Positions 14,161 through 27,508 are shown, counted from the first letter of the stretch. The stretch is DNA of 64,000 nt from Azolla caroliniana (GCA_043228905.1 JBHGNT010000006.1:8308001-8372000), one strand, 5' to 3'. The notes: generated by a model from the sequence alone, not told the origin. Numbers and translations are program-made.

Positions 14161-17055
14161 TTACAATGGTTTTGTGGATTGATGAAGAAGATCGATAGAA
14201 GATGATAAAAATTGCATCATTTGAGTACGAGAATATAAAGGGGAAGGGTATACAAAAGACATAACAAGCTCATTTCTATGAAGTGACTCCGACAGTAAAA
14301 AGCAAGGACCCACATGGTGCACTGAGGTTAGCGGCCCAATCACACCAAGAATTTTGATGCCATCCTCGTTCTCAAGCTTGTTCGGATAATTGTCCATAGA
14401 AAGTGTGAACAACATTGTTCTACAAGATGCATTAGGTGTCATTGATGGATATTTCAGCACCTACAAAAAAAATGATGGCAGTTTAGCCAATTGAGTGCTA
14501 GACTGCTTCATAAAGATTCACGTTCTCATCACACATGGTGTCTGCCATGGCATCCTAACAAGAAATCCTCTGTGCCAATATAATTAGCTAGTGGATTGAT
14601 TCATAAAATTTCCCATCCCATATTGAAATATCACAAAATTTTGTGTCCCAACACAAATATGTCGAAAATAGGAAATGTGGAGTGCTTACAAATACTATTT
14701 GAAATGTAAACATAACATATAATTCGGTGATGCTGACTAACTTCTATATTCAAAAGGTAAGTATAAAAAAGTTTTCATAGCTGATCATTAAGGTATGAAC
14801 ATATATATATACATATATAATGATTTCATTGAATTTACATTATTCAATTGACCGATCGACAAAAGAGAATATTAGTGCACAGTGTGTCTGGATTTAAAAA
14901 TTGTTCAAATTTTGCTAGGCTCAAAATACCAATGCGTTAAGGGGGAAACATATTTACCTGAGAGAAGAGAAGGTTCAGAAGAGGCAATCTGGAGAATTGT
15001 TTTCCTTTATTGACATCTTTTTGTATGGAGAAAGCTATATGCCTGGCTAGATCCCAAAACTCCATGTCCTCTTTGATCTTTGCACTCATAAGGAGTGATA
15101 GGGTGTAGTTCCCTAATTCATTCTCCGACACCGGTGGTTCAAGCAACTTCCTACAATCCATCACACTTCCCATAGGAAACATTTAAATCAAATTATGATA
15201 AGAATAGTTACATAAAATAAGCTCCTACTTCCAATTCCATCATAACATGTTCAATTGAATTATACCAACTAAATGCGAACTCATCGAGTATTTCACCCTT
15301 CAGTCCCTTGATGGATCTAGCTGTCTTCAAGAAAGATGTAGCTAACACAACTTGATAAGGGATGCCTTCCTTGTTACAAGCCGACAAAAACAATGACGTT
15401 CCTACATAGCGAATTCCAGCTAATTAGAATTGTGGTTCATGATGCTTGCTCTCTGAAAAACCAAATAAAAAGAGATGCAAGTGGGAGGTTCCACAAGAAT
15501 TTCTATAGATTTTCATATGCAATTCCGCCATTGTATGTTTCGAGGTTGAGATGATTTCCTGCCTTAGGTTCAAATTATCATGATTCACCTACAATTTTCA
15601 ACACCATCAGGTTCTCTTTGAGAGGCTTAACATACCTATCTAAGATTTTTTTATTATATATAGTTGCATATATTGTCCATCATATTGCATTCTATGTAGT
15701 TGCATATACCTAGGTGGGTGCCTGTTTCCTTCCCTCTAATGCTCAACATTTTGTGATGTTGTTTCCCTAGAGCATGCAACATTATGAGTGATCAAGGTGT
15801 TGTGCCCCTCACCTATAAATGTGATCTTTTCCAATAATCTACACAACAATGGTACAATTAGAAAGCATCTCATAATCTGATGTTCTAATCATCATAGTTG
15901 GGGAAATGCCTAGTCAAACCATGATCATGTCCTAATCAAACTTCGTGTGAATCATGGTGGAACCCATATCCAAGACGTCTTCGAGAGTATAATGTATATA
16001 AATTCATTGTTAGTAAGCTAACCTTGTGGACCAAAGCCAAGGCTAACGATGTGCGATTGGAAGGTGCGATTGGCCGGGAGAGTGTGAAAGGGCAATAGAC
16101 ACCAGTTCCTTGCCTTAGCAATATAAGCAGCCGTGTCCATGCCTTTCTTCAAAATGTTGGTTGGTCTAGATTTGGGTAAGAGCTCCTCAATGGATGGTAG
16201 TGGCTTCCATTTGACCATAACATCACAACCAGCCCTTGGTTTCGCCACGTCTAGCCCACCCCTTGTCATCATTGCCGCGACAATGAGGTCCTTGGCTACC
16301 ACATGGGCAGAGGTGATGTCGAAAATAGCATTGTGGAGCCTTACAATGATGGCCTTCACATGCTTTTCTTGCTTTGTTTGTTCTTTGTTGTGAATTTCAC
16401 TTGCATTGGCATAAAACCAAACCACTTTGAAGACCCCAAGGGCACCACTTGGGGAAGAGCTCGCGAATCCTATGTTGAGCTCCTCCTCCACAATTCTTTG
16501 GAACCCTAATTCATCACTTGTTAATATTGGCCATGGCTTCTCTTCTAGGAAGAGCTTTGGATCTAACCCATCATCATCATCATCATCCATGCATGGTATT
16601 TGGAGATACAATTTAGCTTTTTGCTTTTTTGGAAGATTCTCTTGCACAATGTGAGCTTGAAGAAGTGGATGCTTCTTAAGAATGATTCTTGTTGCATTGA
16701 AGACATTGTGTGGCTCCATAGATTGCATATCTACATCGAAGAGTGTGCCATATATGATAGTGCCACTACCATGTGCAGTTGATTTGGCCCAATTCGCCTC
16801 TAATGAGCTTAGGGGACGTGAGAGAGGAGTGAGGCTAGGGGTGACACAAACTCCTTCGACCACGGATGATGTTGTCGATACACCCAAAGTTAAAGACGAT
16901 TCTTGGTCATTGCTAGGTGTAGAAATAGGTGTGAGTTTATGGACAACTTGCTCATTGGTCGGAGGAGCTTCTTGGTGAGGGTGAAGATTAGGTAGTGGAA
17001 CAATTAATGCAATGACATCGGAGGTAGCTCCATGGTCAATCCCAAGATTAGCCAT
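14161..17055 (-). CDS. Host gene: condensation-domain/PapA-like CoA-dependent acyltransferase-fold protein (Arabidopsis AT3G52610-like family), ~558 aa, 4 exons
   Basis: Exons 17055-16023, 15401-15266, 15165-14958 and 14460-14161 join in frame at GT/AG sites (1677 nt). Family motifs RPLSSLEANW..GSG, IVEEELN, RLHNAIFD, DCRKLLEPP..ELGNY and VGPCF...FVYPSPLYSRTQM. TATA-like ATTTAAATAG at ~17187-17196. Confidence 0.85.
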
Positions 17056-17748
17056 CAATATGGGTTTGTGTATAATGAACACAAAATTCAAGCTTTAGCA
17101 AATAAATGTGTGTGTGTGTGTGTATGAGAGAGAGAGAGAGTACAAATTGAGGGACTTTGCTTACTCCCCCTCCCACCCCCCCCCATCTATTTAAATCCAA
17201 AACTTGCCATCCGTATTAGTGAGCCAATCAAGTCACTTTTCCAATAGTATGTTGTGGCACGCAAACAAAGAGCATAAGGAGAATAATTTGAATGGTTTTT
17301 TCCAAAGTTAGTTCATGCATGCTACTAAATAAATATATTTTCTCATACACAGTTGTTCCCTTGACATTTTGTCAATCATGGTACATCCTTCCCTACGACA
17401 ACACATTTGTTTGGGGAAAATGTTAGGCACTTTTGATCCCCCCAAATACGCGATTTGCAATTTTCCCATGTGATCCGTGAATTTTCACACAAGACATTTA
17501 ACCAACATGTAAAATTATGTAGTACACCCTATGTGAAATTCGTGCAACTTTTTAAGGAAACTAAACAAGCGTCCACACGCATGGAAAGTTATAGTAAACA
17601 ATAAGCCTTTCTACATGCACACATACACACACGATTGACTCTTGAACTACAGTGTTCTTGTGACATTTTTCTGTAGTCACATTGATATGAAATATTTTGA
17701 CATTATTGTTTTGTTTTGGATGGTTATCAATTATAGGTAATATGAATC

Positions 17749-17790
<42 letters not shown>

Positions 17791-19574
17791 AAGCACGACT
17801 TGTTGATTCCAATGTTGATATCTATATTACCTCTTTAGAAAATTAAGATAATGCGAGTATAATGGAGGTGGCCTTTAACATTTTTGCTTCGTTGTTTCAT
17901 TAGTAGCATCACAACTCATTACAAAACAATTTGAGTAATATGTTTCTCACATGTATGTTTCTAAGCTTTGCAATATCAAATCAAAGTGATTATGCATATC
18001 GTCTTTTAAAAGACACAATTATCGCTTGTTTTCGAGTTTAGGGATGTTAAAAAGATGTCAATGAAATTCTACGTAGCCAATTTCCTAAGAGCAAATTGAT
18101 AATATGATTAATGCCAAACTAAAATGATGTGCTATTATAATGAATGTTGCATTAGACTAATAGGTGTAGATTCGAACCCATAACCCAAACGTGTGAATTT
18201 TGGATTTTTTGAAAGGTACACCATTAAATTTGATTAAGCAATACTCATTTTAATATGTATCCCAACCTACTCATTTTACACAAGCACGTAATAATATTAT
18301 TAGAGAGTTTGTTATGCATGTAGATGGTATGACACACAAGTATAATTGATCATTCTCACTACAATGTAAATATCAATGCAGACAAATCTTCCCTCCCCAC
18401 ACATAAATGAGCTGCAAATGCCCTTTATTTGCATACAAAATGACAATACCATTTACTATTTATGTTGATCCTTCTCATCTCCAATTAATACAACTGAAGC
18501 CTTTATTTATAGCTTTTTCTATATGATACCTAGGTTAACGTACTACAAGTACACATTATAAAGAGTTGATTTGCATATCATAAAACTAGGACTGAATTGA
18601 TTTCTTGTCCATTTCTCAGCTCTCATGCAAGTTGGAATTAATACATTATTGGGATGTGATACAACCTTAGTAAGAAGATTCATAAATTCTATTATCATTC
18701 TTGGAGGTCGAATATTACTTATGGGCCCAAAGTGAAACAACTTTAAGTGTGTGTTGTCTGTTGTGTGTGGTCGTAGGCGACCAAAACGAGGAGAAAGCAC
18801 CTTCATGGATGATTTCCATGTAAGGTTAAAAACATATTTGACAATTTCAATTAAGAAAAGGTGAAAGTCTTTGGGTAATTCAATTACTCGAAGGACCAAA
18901 GCCTTCAAGAAATTCGATTGAAGAAAGAATAATAAAGAAGGAACATTTTTCTACTGCTTGTCAAGGAGAAAGAAAAGACCATTGTCAAGGAGAAAGAAAA
19001 GACCAAGGAAGGCAGGATGGCAATGACCATTGTCTCCATAACCATGGTGTCAATGGGCCACTTCCAACAATGTTTGTATCTTGAATTTAAGAAAATTCAT
19101 TACAAAATGTGTTTTGAACATGTTCAAGTAGCCTTAGATATGTTAGGTTTAATTTTGCTAGGTATGGACACATTACTCATATTTATGAAGATAGAAATTT
19201 TTATAAGAGCTCAACTATCCAATATAAAAATACGATTATTTTGGTTCATCAAATAATTGAGATTACTAAAACCTTCATAATCTCAACCAAATGGATGATC
19301 GAACTGATGTCTATTGCTATCAATCAACCACCAATTTTGAATAAAATAGTGTCACAATTCCCGTTTGTAATATTGAGACAAAATCCACCTATGTATGTTG
19401 GTTCTTCTAGACCAAACCATGACCATAGAAAACATGCGAGATTCAAATATTGGTTAGTCATATGTTTCACTTAAACAATATTATTTATGCAAGCTAATAA
19501 ATCTAAGGCTTATTTTCTTTGATCAATCATGAATGGGAGGAATTGAATTCTTGATGACAATGAAAGTGGGAGAT

Positions 19575-20410
19575 TGTAGTATCATTCTTCTCGATGATTT
19601 AGTTGCATGAAAAGAGTGTTAGAGAACACGAGAGAGCCGAGCGTGAGAGAACAAGATCGAGCGACCACCAAAGATCAGTGACCACGCACATCAGCAACAC
19701 AAGAACACAGGATCACACACAGTTCTACAACAGAGTGTTATCGGCCTAGGATAACACTGTGTTGAATATCCGGTCCTTTGGCTATTCGATTCAAGGTCTT
19801 GTGTTCAGGGAAGGGAGTGCGTTTCGCTTCAAACTAGTTCGGGATTCCAAACTGTAAGGGTTTACATATGAATCGAACTGAGGTTGTGCGATTGTGGAGA
19901 TGAACAAGCTGGCTACAACCGACAGAATACACAATGTTTGCACAGAACATTGTGACTCAACACAGGGGAATTACGACATAGTTTTAGACTTAGAGTATCA
20001 GGGGCTTGCATAAATCTATTATCAACGCAACAAGATACAAGTGTTCCATTAGCTTTTACATTCTTCCCATGGCCCTTTTTATAGGGCTCATTGATGGTTA
20101 AAGCTGTGTGTGAACCGTTACTCCCTATTCAATATGTTTACTATTTTTCAACTCTATATTTCCTATTTCTTTATTGCTCGGCCTTGCCCATTCCTATTTC
20201 GATTCATAACCGTTATCTGCCCTTTTTACACTTGGTCGTCCGAACTGGCCAACACATGGCACGCTTGTGGGACAATGCATGCACGGTTGAACCCACGGGC
20301 CGCTCAGGCGTCGTAAAAAATGTGCAAAATGCTCGGCTCTATTGGCGTCGATTCCGGTTCACGTTGTTGGTTCGGGGTGGGGGTCGGATCCAGCTCAACA
20401 ACTTGTTCCC
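19575..20410 (+). mobile_element. Partial 3' LTR of a Copia-like element, cut off by the insertion at 20411
   Basis: PPT AAGTGGGAGAT immediately followed by TGTAGT, matching the Copia-1 PPT. No closing CA end found. Confidence 0.55.
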
Positions 20411-20704
20411 GGGTGAAAGCACACTACAGTGTACCAACTTTTGGCCAAAATTTTAGTACTAATAATCAAATATTTGGGTTAAAAAAGTTAAGGTTGTTGG
20501 GTCACAGTCCTAGGTAATGTTGTACGGAAATCTTAACTGTAGAAGATCTCGAGTAGTCACTCAATTATGAATATAGTAAGTATGTCTCTCTCTCGCTCTC
20601 TCTCTTGGCACATATGTTCATCTCGAACTGTCAGTTAGTCTCTCTCCCTCTCTCTCTCCTTCCCTCTCTCTCTCTCCCTCCCCCTTCTACTTGCTGATTC
20701 CCGA

Positions 20705-21005
20705 CGTTCATACCTCCTCTCCCCCTCTCTATCTCTCTTCCACCTTCTATACAGGTCTCTGTAGACTCCAAGCGCGTCACTGCTCATCGTTCGTACGTCC
20801 TCTCCCCCTCTCTGTCTCTCTTCCACCTTCTATACAAGCCTCTGTAGACTCCAAGCGCGTCACTGCTCGTCGTTCGTACCTCCTCTCCCCCTCTCTGTCT
20901 CTCTTCCACCTTCTATACAGGTTTCTGAAGACTCCAAGCGCGTCACTGCTCGTTGTTCGTACCTCCTCTCCCCCTCTCTATCTCTCTTCCACCTTTTGCA
21001 CAGGT
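20705..21005. repeat. 83-bp tandem repeat, ~3.6 copies, pyrimidine-rich
   Basis: Unit CGTTCGTACCTCCTCTCCCCCTCTCTGTCTCTCTTCCACCTTCTATACAGG...CCAAGCGCGTCACTGCTCG recurs at ~20705, 20788, 20871 and 20954. Confidence 0.9.
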
Positions 21006-21640
21006 CTTTCAACCTCTCTAGGGTTAGCTACGTTCTCTCTCCCTCAGTTGACCTTGTTCTCCCTCATTGTTAGGTGTTCTGTGCTCACCGTGTCCTAACG
21101 ACATCGACCTCTACTTTGCTGGCCATGTCCCCTCCACTGGCCTCTGCTTTGCTCTACCTCCAGGTGTTCTCAAGTCACTGTGTTCCCTCTACCTGGTGTG
21201 TCCGTTTGCTTGCAACCCGTGCTTCAAACGTGTCCCCTCTGCAAGGACTTCAGAAAGGTAATCCTGCTATCTGCAACCCTAACGACATCTGAAAAGGTAA
21301 TCCTGCTTTAGGCTTACCTTCACGTTCTGCTACATGTTAGGGTTTTGTTGTTGTTGTTCGTGTTGTTTTCCCTTGATTATTTCAAACACTTGTACATGCA
21401 TATGCTTGAAATTGAGAGTGTTTTACATGCATATGTCATTTATTGCATGATTTAGAATTTGGTACATGTTGACATATTGGAAGATGGTTCTATGATGGTA
21501 TGCTGCAATGATTTTCCATGGTTTAGCATGTATATGTTGTGTATCGGGAGTTGTGATTGACGAAACAAGACAACTGTGATTGATCTATTGTTATTTACTA
21601 TTGTTGTGTGTGTGAGGTGAAGAAGAGAGATAGGACTCAA

Positions 21641-24152
21641 ATGACAAGGAAGACACCCACGAAGACGAAAATGGTCAAAGAAAATGTCAACACACCATGC
21701 AAGGAAAGAAAAAGGACCCCCATCAAAGAAAGTAAGATGACCCCCACCAGAGGGAGGTTTAAGTTGTCAACATCTTAGGGCAAGAAGATGTTCACAAACA
21801 TCCTTCGAGGTAGAAAGTTAGCATGGGGATATTTCCTTCGTGCACGACTTGACACTTATGAAGACGTAGACATGTGGATGATCAAAACATGGGGCTCATC
21901 ACAACAAGAGACAAGGAGAGGTTTTCACCTCACTCAATTGAAGAAGGATTATATCATTGAACTAAATTCACGATATGAACAAGTTTATGATACAAAACAT
22001 ATCCTAAACAATGAGGTAGGAACTGTTTTTGCACGTGCATTTGCATGTGAACTCCGTGGTGGCATTGAAGTTGATTGGGAAGATTTTGCTCATCATCGAT
22101 CATCACATTATAGAGGGTCCTCAAGTACCAACACTACTATGAAGTTTGAGGGTACCTCTCACATTCAAATCCCAACTAGGACATCTGTGTTGACTAAACA
22201 GATTGCAAAAGAAAGAGCTACACTGACAGAAAAGCATGACCAACAATTGTTCCGTTGCATAGCTTCCATGCAAACAAGAATGCAAGCGTTGCTCACTGAT
22301 TTGGAAGAAGTTTCATCTAGTGAGATGGCGGTAGAGAAACAATTCACATCTATATCGAATACATATGAATGGATAACAACAACAATCTAACATTCTGAAA
22401 GCGATGTGTTGAAAGAGGAGTTGAAGAAGGAGCTGACAAATATGGGCACTCAACTGGGAAAATAGAAGAAAGATTTGGAGACATGGAGGTCATCTCGTTC
22501 TAAAATTGATGATAAGTTATCAGCCTTAAAAAGTCACTCTGAGAACCTGACATGCTTGATGAAGGGTCTAAAAGATAAAGGTTTAGATCCTCTATGGCCA
22601 GAAGTAGTTGAGCATCCCACTTGCAATGAAAGTACCATTACAAGAATTATTGTATCAAGGTAATGGTTTATATTTTTACAAGTTGACCTTCTATTGTATA
22701 AAATATCATCATTGCTAATATAGTGTATGTTGTTTCTTGTATTTGAAGGTGTGTATTCTGTGGCCTTGGATTCAAGTTTGAGGCCATGGATGCTATCATT
22801 ACACCATGCTTGCACACATATCATTGTTTATGTGCTAAGTACCATTTTGGGAAAGAAAATATACGTTTACACTGTAAAAGTACAGTTGGCACCGAATGGT
22901 ACTTAACTTCGGGTTTGAAAGTACATTCCTATGGTATGTGATTAAGAACATATGTAATTTTTATACTATGCTTTTATAATTTTAACATTTGGTTCTGGTC
23001 TTATACCCATGAGTATTGTTCCTTGGTGATCATTTTTACATGATTCAGTACTAACATTACTGATTACATTGTATTCCTTGGTGATTAGTTGACAATGTGA
23101 ATCTTATTTAGTACTGAGGATCTTAAATGTTTAGTTGTATAACTTGCATGTGCACTAACATTATTCATTACATTGTACTTTCTGTGTCCACTTGGCTTAG
23201 GCTTTGGATGACCGAACAAATAGGCATGAAGGTCTAGGTTTTTTAGTACTAACATTGTTCATTACATGAAATATGCATGTCTAGGTGGTTGTGTAATGTG
23301 CCCTCAAGTTCCTTGTTGGAGGATTCAGTACTAACATTACTGATTACATTGTATTCCTTGGTGATCAGTTGATTTAGTACTGACTATTTAGTACTGAATG
23401 TCTTAATTGATTGGTTGTATAACTTGTATAATTACTAACACTGTCCATTACATTGTACGTTTTGTGTCCAAGTGGTTCAATATTGTTCTCTCAAGTTCCT
23501 TGATTGATGTTTTAGTACTAACTTACTGATTACATTGTATCCTTTGGTGTTGAGTTGATTCAGTACTGAACGTCTTAAATGTTTAGTTGTATCACTTGTA
23601 TGTGTACTAACAAATAGGAGAACCGAACAAATAGGCTCTGGATGACTGAACAAATAGGCAGGCAGGTCTTTTGTTTAGTACCGAACAAATATCGACAACA
23701 TGTCCAGATGGTTCTGTATTGTGTCCTCATGTTCCTCTTTGTTGTTTTAGTACTAATATTACTGTTACATGCATATTCCTTGGTGATCAGTTGGAACAAG
23801 ACTGATTTTTTAGTATTGAAGGTCTTAAATGTCCACTTGATTCAGTACTGATAATATTTGTAACATTGTCGTCATGTTAGAACTAATGTACAATTATAAT
23901 ATGAATGTTGTAGTATCAACCAACACCACACCAGGGAAGGTAACTGACCAACCAACCCCCGCGCTACTACGTACAGAGTCTACTGCAAATTCCAAAGTCC
24001 ATGGTCATTCCTTAGTGGTAACTGGGGAAATTTATGATGAAGATGAATGTATGAGAAAGGCCATTGGAACAGTTGAAGACATGTTGCTTCAAACAAATTC
24101 TCCTAGCTCGGCTCCCCTTGACTGTGTGAACGGTAATGCTAATTGTGTGTGA
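21641..24152 (+). pseudogene. Cargo gene copy 1: unknown domain, coiled coil and RING-H2, decayed
   Basis: Exon 21641-22659 (ELNSRYEQVY...NNEVGTVFARAFACE...VDWEDFA; several stops). Exon 22749-22933 reads CVFCGLGF...TPCLHTYHCLC...RLHC...EW. A phase-1 intron leads to the exon at 23914. Confidence 0.75.
23040..23850. repeat. Degenerate repeat array built on (T/C)AGTACT(A/G)A motifs, intronic
   Basis: Recurrent TTAGTACTAACATTACTGATTACATTGTATTCCTTGGTGAT and TAGTACTGA units between the RING exon and the next exon. Confidence 0.8.
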
Positions 24153-25405
24153 ACTTTTAATAATGCATTGTTGCTATACTTCTAATTTCTTATGTTTCTA
24201 TCAAAGAGCCTACGAAGAAGCGTAATGCTGCAAGGAAATTGTATGGAAAGAGGAAGAAATGCAGAGTTCATTGTAGTGGTGGGTCATACAAATTCTCACA
24301 AACTTTGAGAGCTGTAAAGTTAATGAGTTAGACTAAGACCGCTTGCTTTTGTTGTTAGACAAGGAAAAAACGATAAATGAAAATGGAGATACCGATTTAG
24401 AGCCACAACATGAACAAGAATTTATCATCCTCACAGGTACATGTTGTGAACCCTCTTATATAATAGTTATTTTGACCATATCACCCAAGTGACAATAATG
24501 GTTTTGGTCTATTAATATATAGAAAGTGATGTAAAATCTTGGCATGATTCAGAGCCCCAACTTGAGACTGGTACCATCCCAAGCCATAATGACGAGTGTG
24601 ATACCAATGCAAACCAGGTATTGCAGCACATGACGAGTGTGATTGGGCGGAGTTCGCGGAGGAAGTTCTCGAAAGATACAACTACAACGACTCGCTCTGG
24701 ATATCGAGAAAAGACTTTATGGATTGGGTCAATAGCCCCGACAAGGGTCAGAACGCTTCGGCGCTCCTCCAGGAGTTTGAGTCATGGTTCGCGCGGCTCT
24801 CTAGATTGGACCGAACTGTGCTCGAAATGAGCAAAGTCCTATTTTTCGTTACGTTGTTTGACTCGCACGTCCGGGAAAGTGAGGGCCTTCTTCTGGAAAC
24901 CAACCGCGGTCTCACGACTGACTAGGTGAGCGTCAAAGAAGTATGTAGTAGGATTGACAAACGCCGAGATTGGAAAGAAAGGGGGTCCTTGCCAGCCGGA
25001 CCAACTGTCGAAACCAGAGTTGAGCCGACACCGACACGAATGGAAGAAACGAGGAGGTGGCTTGAGCTAGGTTCACCCCCGGCGAACATAGTCGCGGGGC
25101 CTGCAGGTGGAGCAAGACTAGAAGAACAACTGACAAGGATGGTGCGCGACCTCCAGATCGTCCAGGCCCAGCGAAGCGACGAGGGTCAGCCATGTGACCA
25201 ACGACCGCCGGCCAATCAGAGGTGCATATGGTGTGACGCCATCGGACATTCCTGGAGAGATTGTGCTGACCTCAGTGAAGCACCTAGAAGTAATGTAGTC
25301 TATCTTTCGAATGGTAGGATACATGCAAGTGACACACGAAGATTGCTTGACGCGAAATTCGGACGAGGTGGCATGAAGAGGCTAATGGAAGAAGCCGTAG
25401 CACGG

Positions 25406-26280
25406 TGTGGCGAAGTTTCGCGGGTACGTGTAGAATTCCAAGCGGGACCACGGGGGTCTTGGACTAGGGAGTGACAGAGCGTAGGAAGCCGACTTCTCTC
25501 CGGTCCCGGCTGCACTGGTTGTGGCGTGAATCAGAGTGATTCCGGATGCGTACCGGTGGCTACCAAACGCGAGAGAGGAAGAGAGGGAGAGAACACGCGC
25601 ACAACACCGACACAACGCACACCTCTTATGTACAGGAAACACAGGGAAGGGAAAGCACCCGACACCGACAGAGACACAAATATGCACAACCCTGCATATA
25701 TATGATTACAAGATTGATTTACAACTCCGACTCCGAGCCGGACTGAGGTAGGCTAGGCCGCAATGGCAGTTTGCCGCCAAGCCGCCGTCGGGGAGCTCTC
25801 GGGCTCATCACGCCGAGCGGGTGCTTGCACAGGAGGCCAAGCAGAAGCAACCTACAATAGGGAGAGATACAACCCCGGCCGCGAGCCAGCTACGCATAGA
25901 ATAGAAGAGTTAACCTAATAGCTTTCCCACCATAGCTGCCGCTCGAGTTCTCGAGAAGGAACAGAGGAAGAAAACGAAGGAAAGAATGTAACTAACCCTA
26001 GAAACGAAGCACAAAATGGTATACCCTTATGACTCAAAAATGGGCAACCCCTTCACCAAGGGCGCTCCCTTCCTTTTATAGAACAAGGAGAGGGATCCGT
26101 AGCATCGTGGGTTTAATCCCTTATTACATGGGATTCTTGTCCCGACTTGATTACTCTTCGGCGCCATAAAGACGCCCTCGTTATTCACACTAAATGTACA
26201 AGGGTGAGCGCACATGCTGCACCCCGCCGATGTAGCCAACATTTCCTGGTTTCCGCCTCTGGCCGAAATTCTTCACGACA
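25406..26280 (-). mobile_element. Solo LTR (CCGG-family Gypsy) in the gag of element A
   Basis: TG...TCTTCACGACA ends; flanks ACGG/ACTG; splits the host reading 'AVAR|HVEAVHY'. Closely similar to 27509-28328. Confidence 0.9.
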
Positions 26281-27508
26281 ACTGCACGTCGAAGCTGTCC
26301 ACTACTTGGCGTTGGCCGGCATCCGCGTAGGTGAGAAGGCGACCAAACCCAATTCAAACACTAGGTTCTTGCCTCTTATTCTCGAGACCTTGTCCGGAGG
26401 AAGGTTGCAGAAGGGAGAAGCAGAGCGCGTGGAGGAGTGTGTGCGCGAAGTTACCGGCTGGAGTGACCCCGTTGAGGAGAGCATCGGCTTTGTGGAGGCC
26501 ACGTGCAGGAACTACGAGGCCCTGATCGACGAAAAGCGAGCGGGGAAAACCGGGGGAGCGGGCCCTTCGGGGAGGTATGACATCCGAAGCACTCCGACCA
26601 GGTCCCAGGAGAAGGAGAAGGGCAAGATTCCGAGCTTCCGTTTAATCTTGGAAATCGAGAAAACAACGAACCTACAGAAGGTTCTAGAGGAGCGAGTTCT
26701 CGAGATTCGCATAGAACTCACGCTTAGGGAAGTGCTTGGCATAGCGAGAAGGGAATTCCACGACAACATCGTGGACCTCCTAAAGAGAAAGCGTCTCGTG
26801 ACAGAACCGGAGCCCGAGAAGCCGCTTGAGGTAAGGACGACACTCCTTGACGAGATGGCCGCGGAAGACGAGCTTGCGGAAAGCCACTACGCCAGGCCGC
26901 ATTGGGCAAGAGCGACTACCGAAACCCTCGTTCGTATTGGGGACGTGAAGGAACTGGTGGTAGCATTAATCGACCATGGGTCGGAAATTAACCTAATGTC
27001 CATGGACTTCTACAAAGAGGGGAATTGTCCGATCAACACCAAACACGGGTGGAAGATACGCGCGGCTACAAGAGCCACGAAAGAACTACATGGGGCTTGC
27101 CCGAACGTCCGGGTGAGCGTTAGAGACGTTGATATAAACCAACACTTTTTTGTGTAGGAGACGTCCTCCCACCTAGTCATCCCCAGTGAACCATACATCA
27201 CGGTGGCTAGAATGGAGAGGAAAGTATTGAACAATGGTTCGGCCTATGCAAGAGTAAAAAGTCAGGACGGTCGTCATTCCGTCCAAATTTTGACTGTTCG
27301 GAAGAATCATGAGCGGAACAGGGACACCCTCGAAAATAACAACAAGGCAGATTTTTAAAAGGGGCTATCAAGGCGTGGGGCCGCGATAGTCCGGATAGCC
27401 GAAAAACTCCCCACCTGTAAAAAAGGAAGGAAAGTTTTGTTCTCCGACAACGGGGGATGTGCCCTAGCCGGCATTAGTGGCCGAGAAAGAAAGTAGGCCG
27501 AGATACGG

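Larger units (their letters stand above)
20411..24620 (+). mobile_element. Truncated Sola2-like DNA transposon copy 1 (left end and cargo gene; transposase absent)
   Basis: Begins GGGTGAAAGCA, matching GGGTAAAAGCA at 55438. Carries a homologue of the cargo gene of the 55438 element. The right end is lost at a junction with Gypsy gag near 24630 (approximate). Confidence 0.65.

Noticed and set aside
18543-19480. ORFs that may be very old LINE RT remnants
   Set aside because: There is only a faint resemblance (LEFKKIHYKMCF vs LDFEKAYD), which is too degenerate to call.
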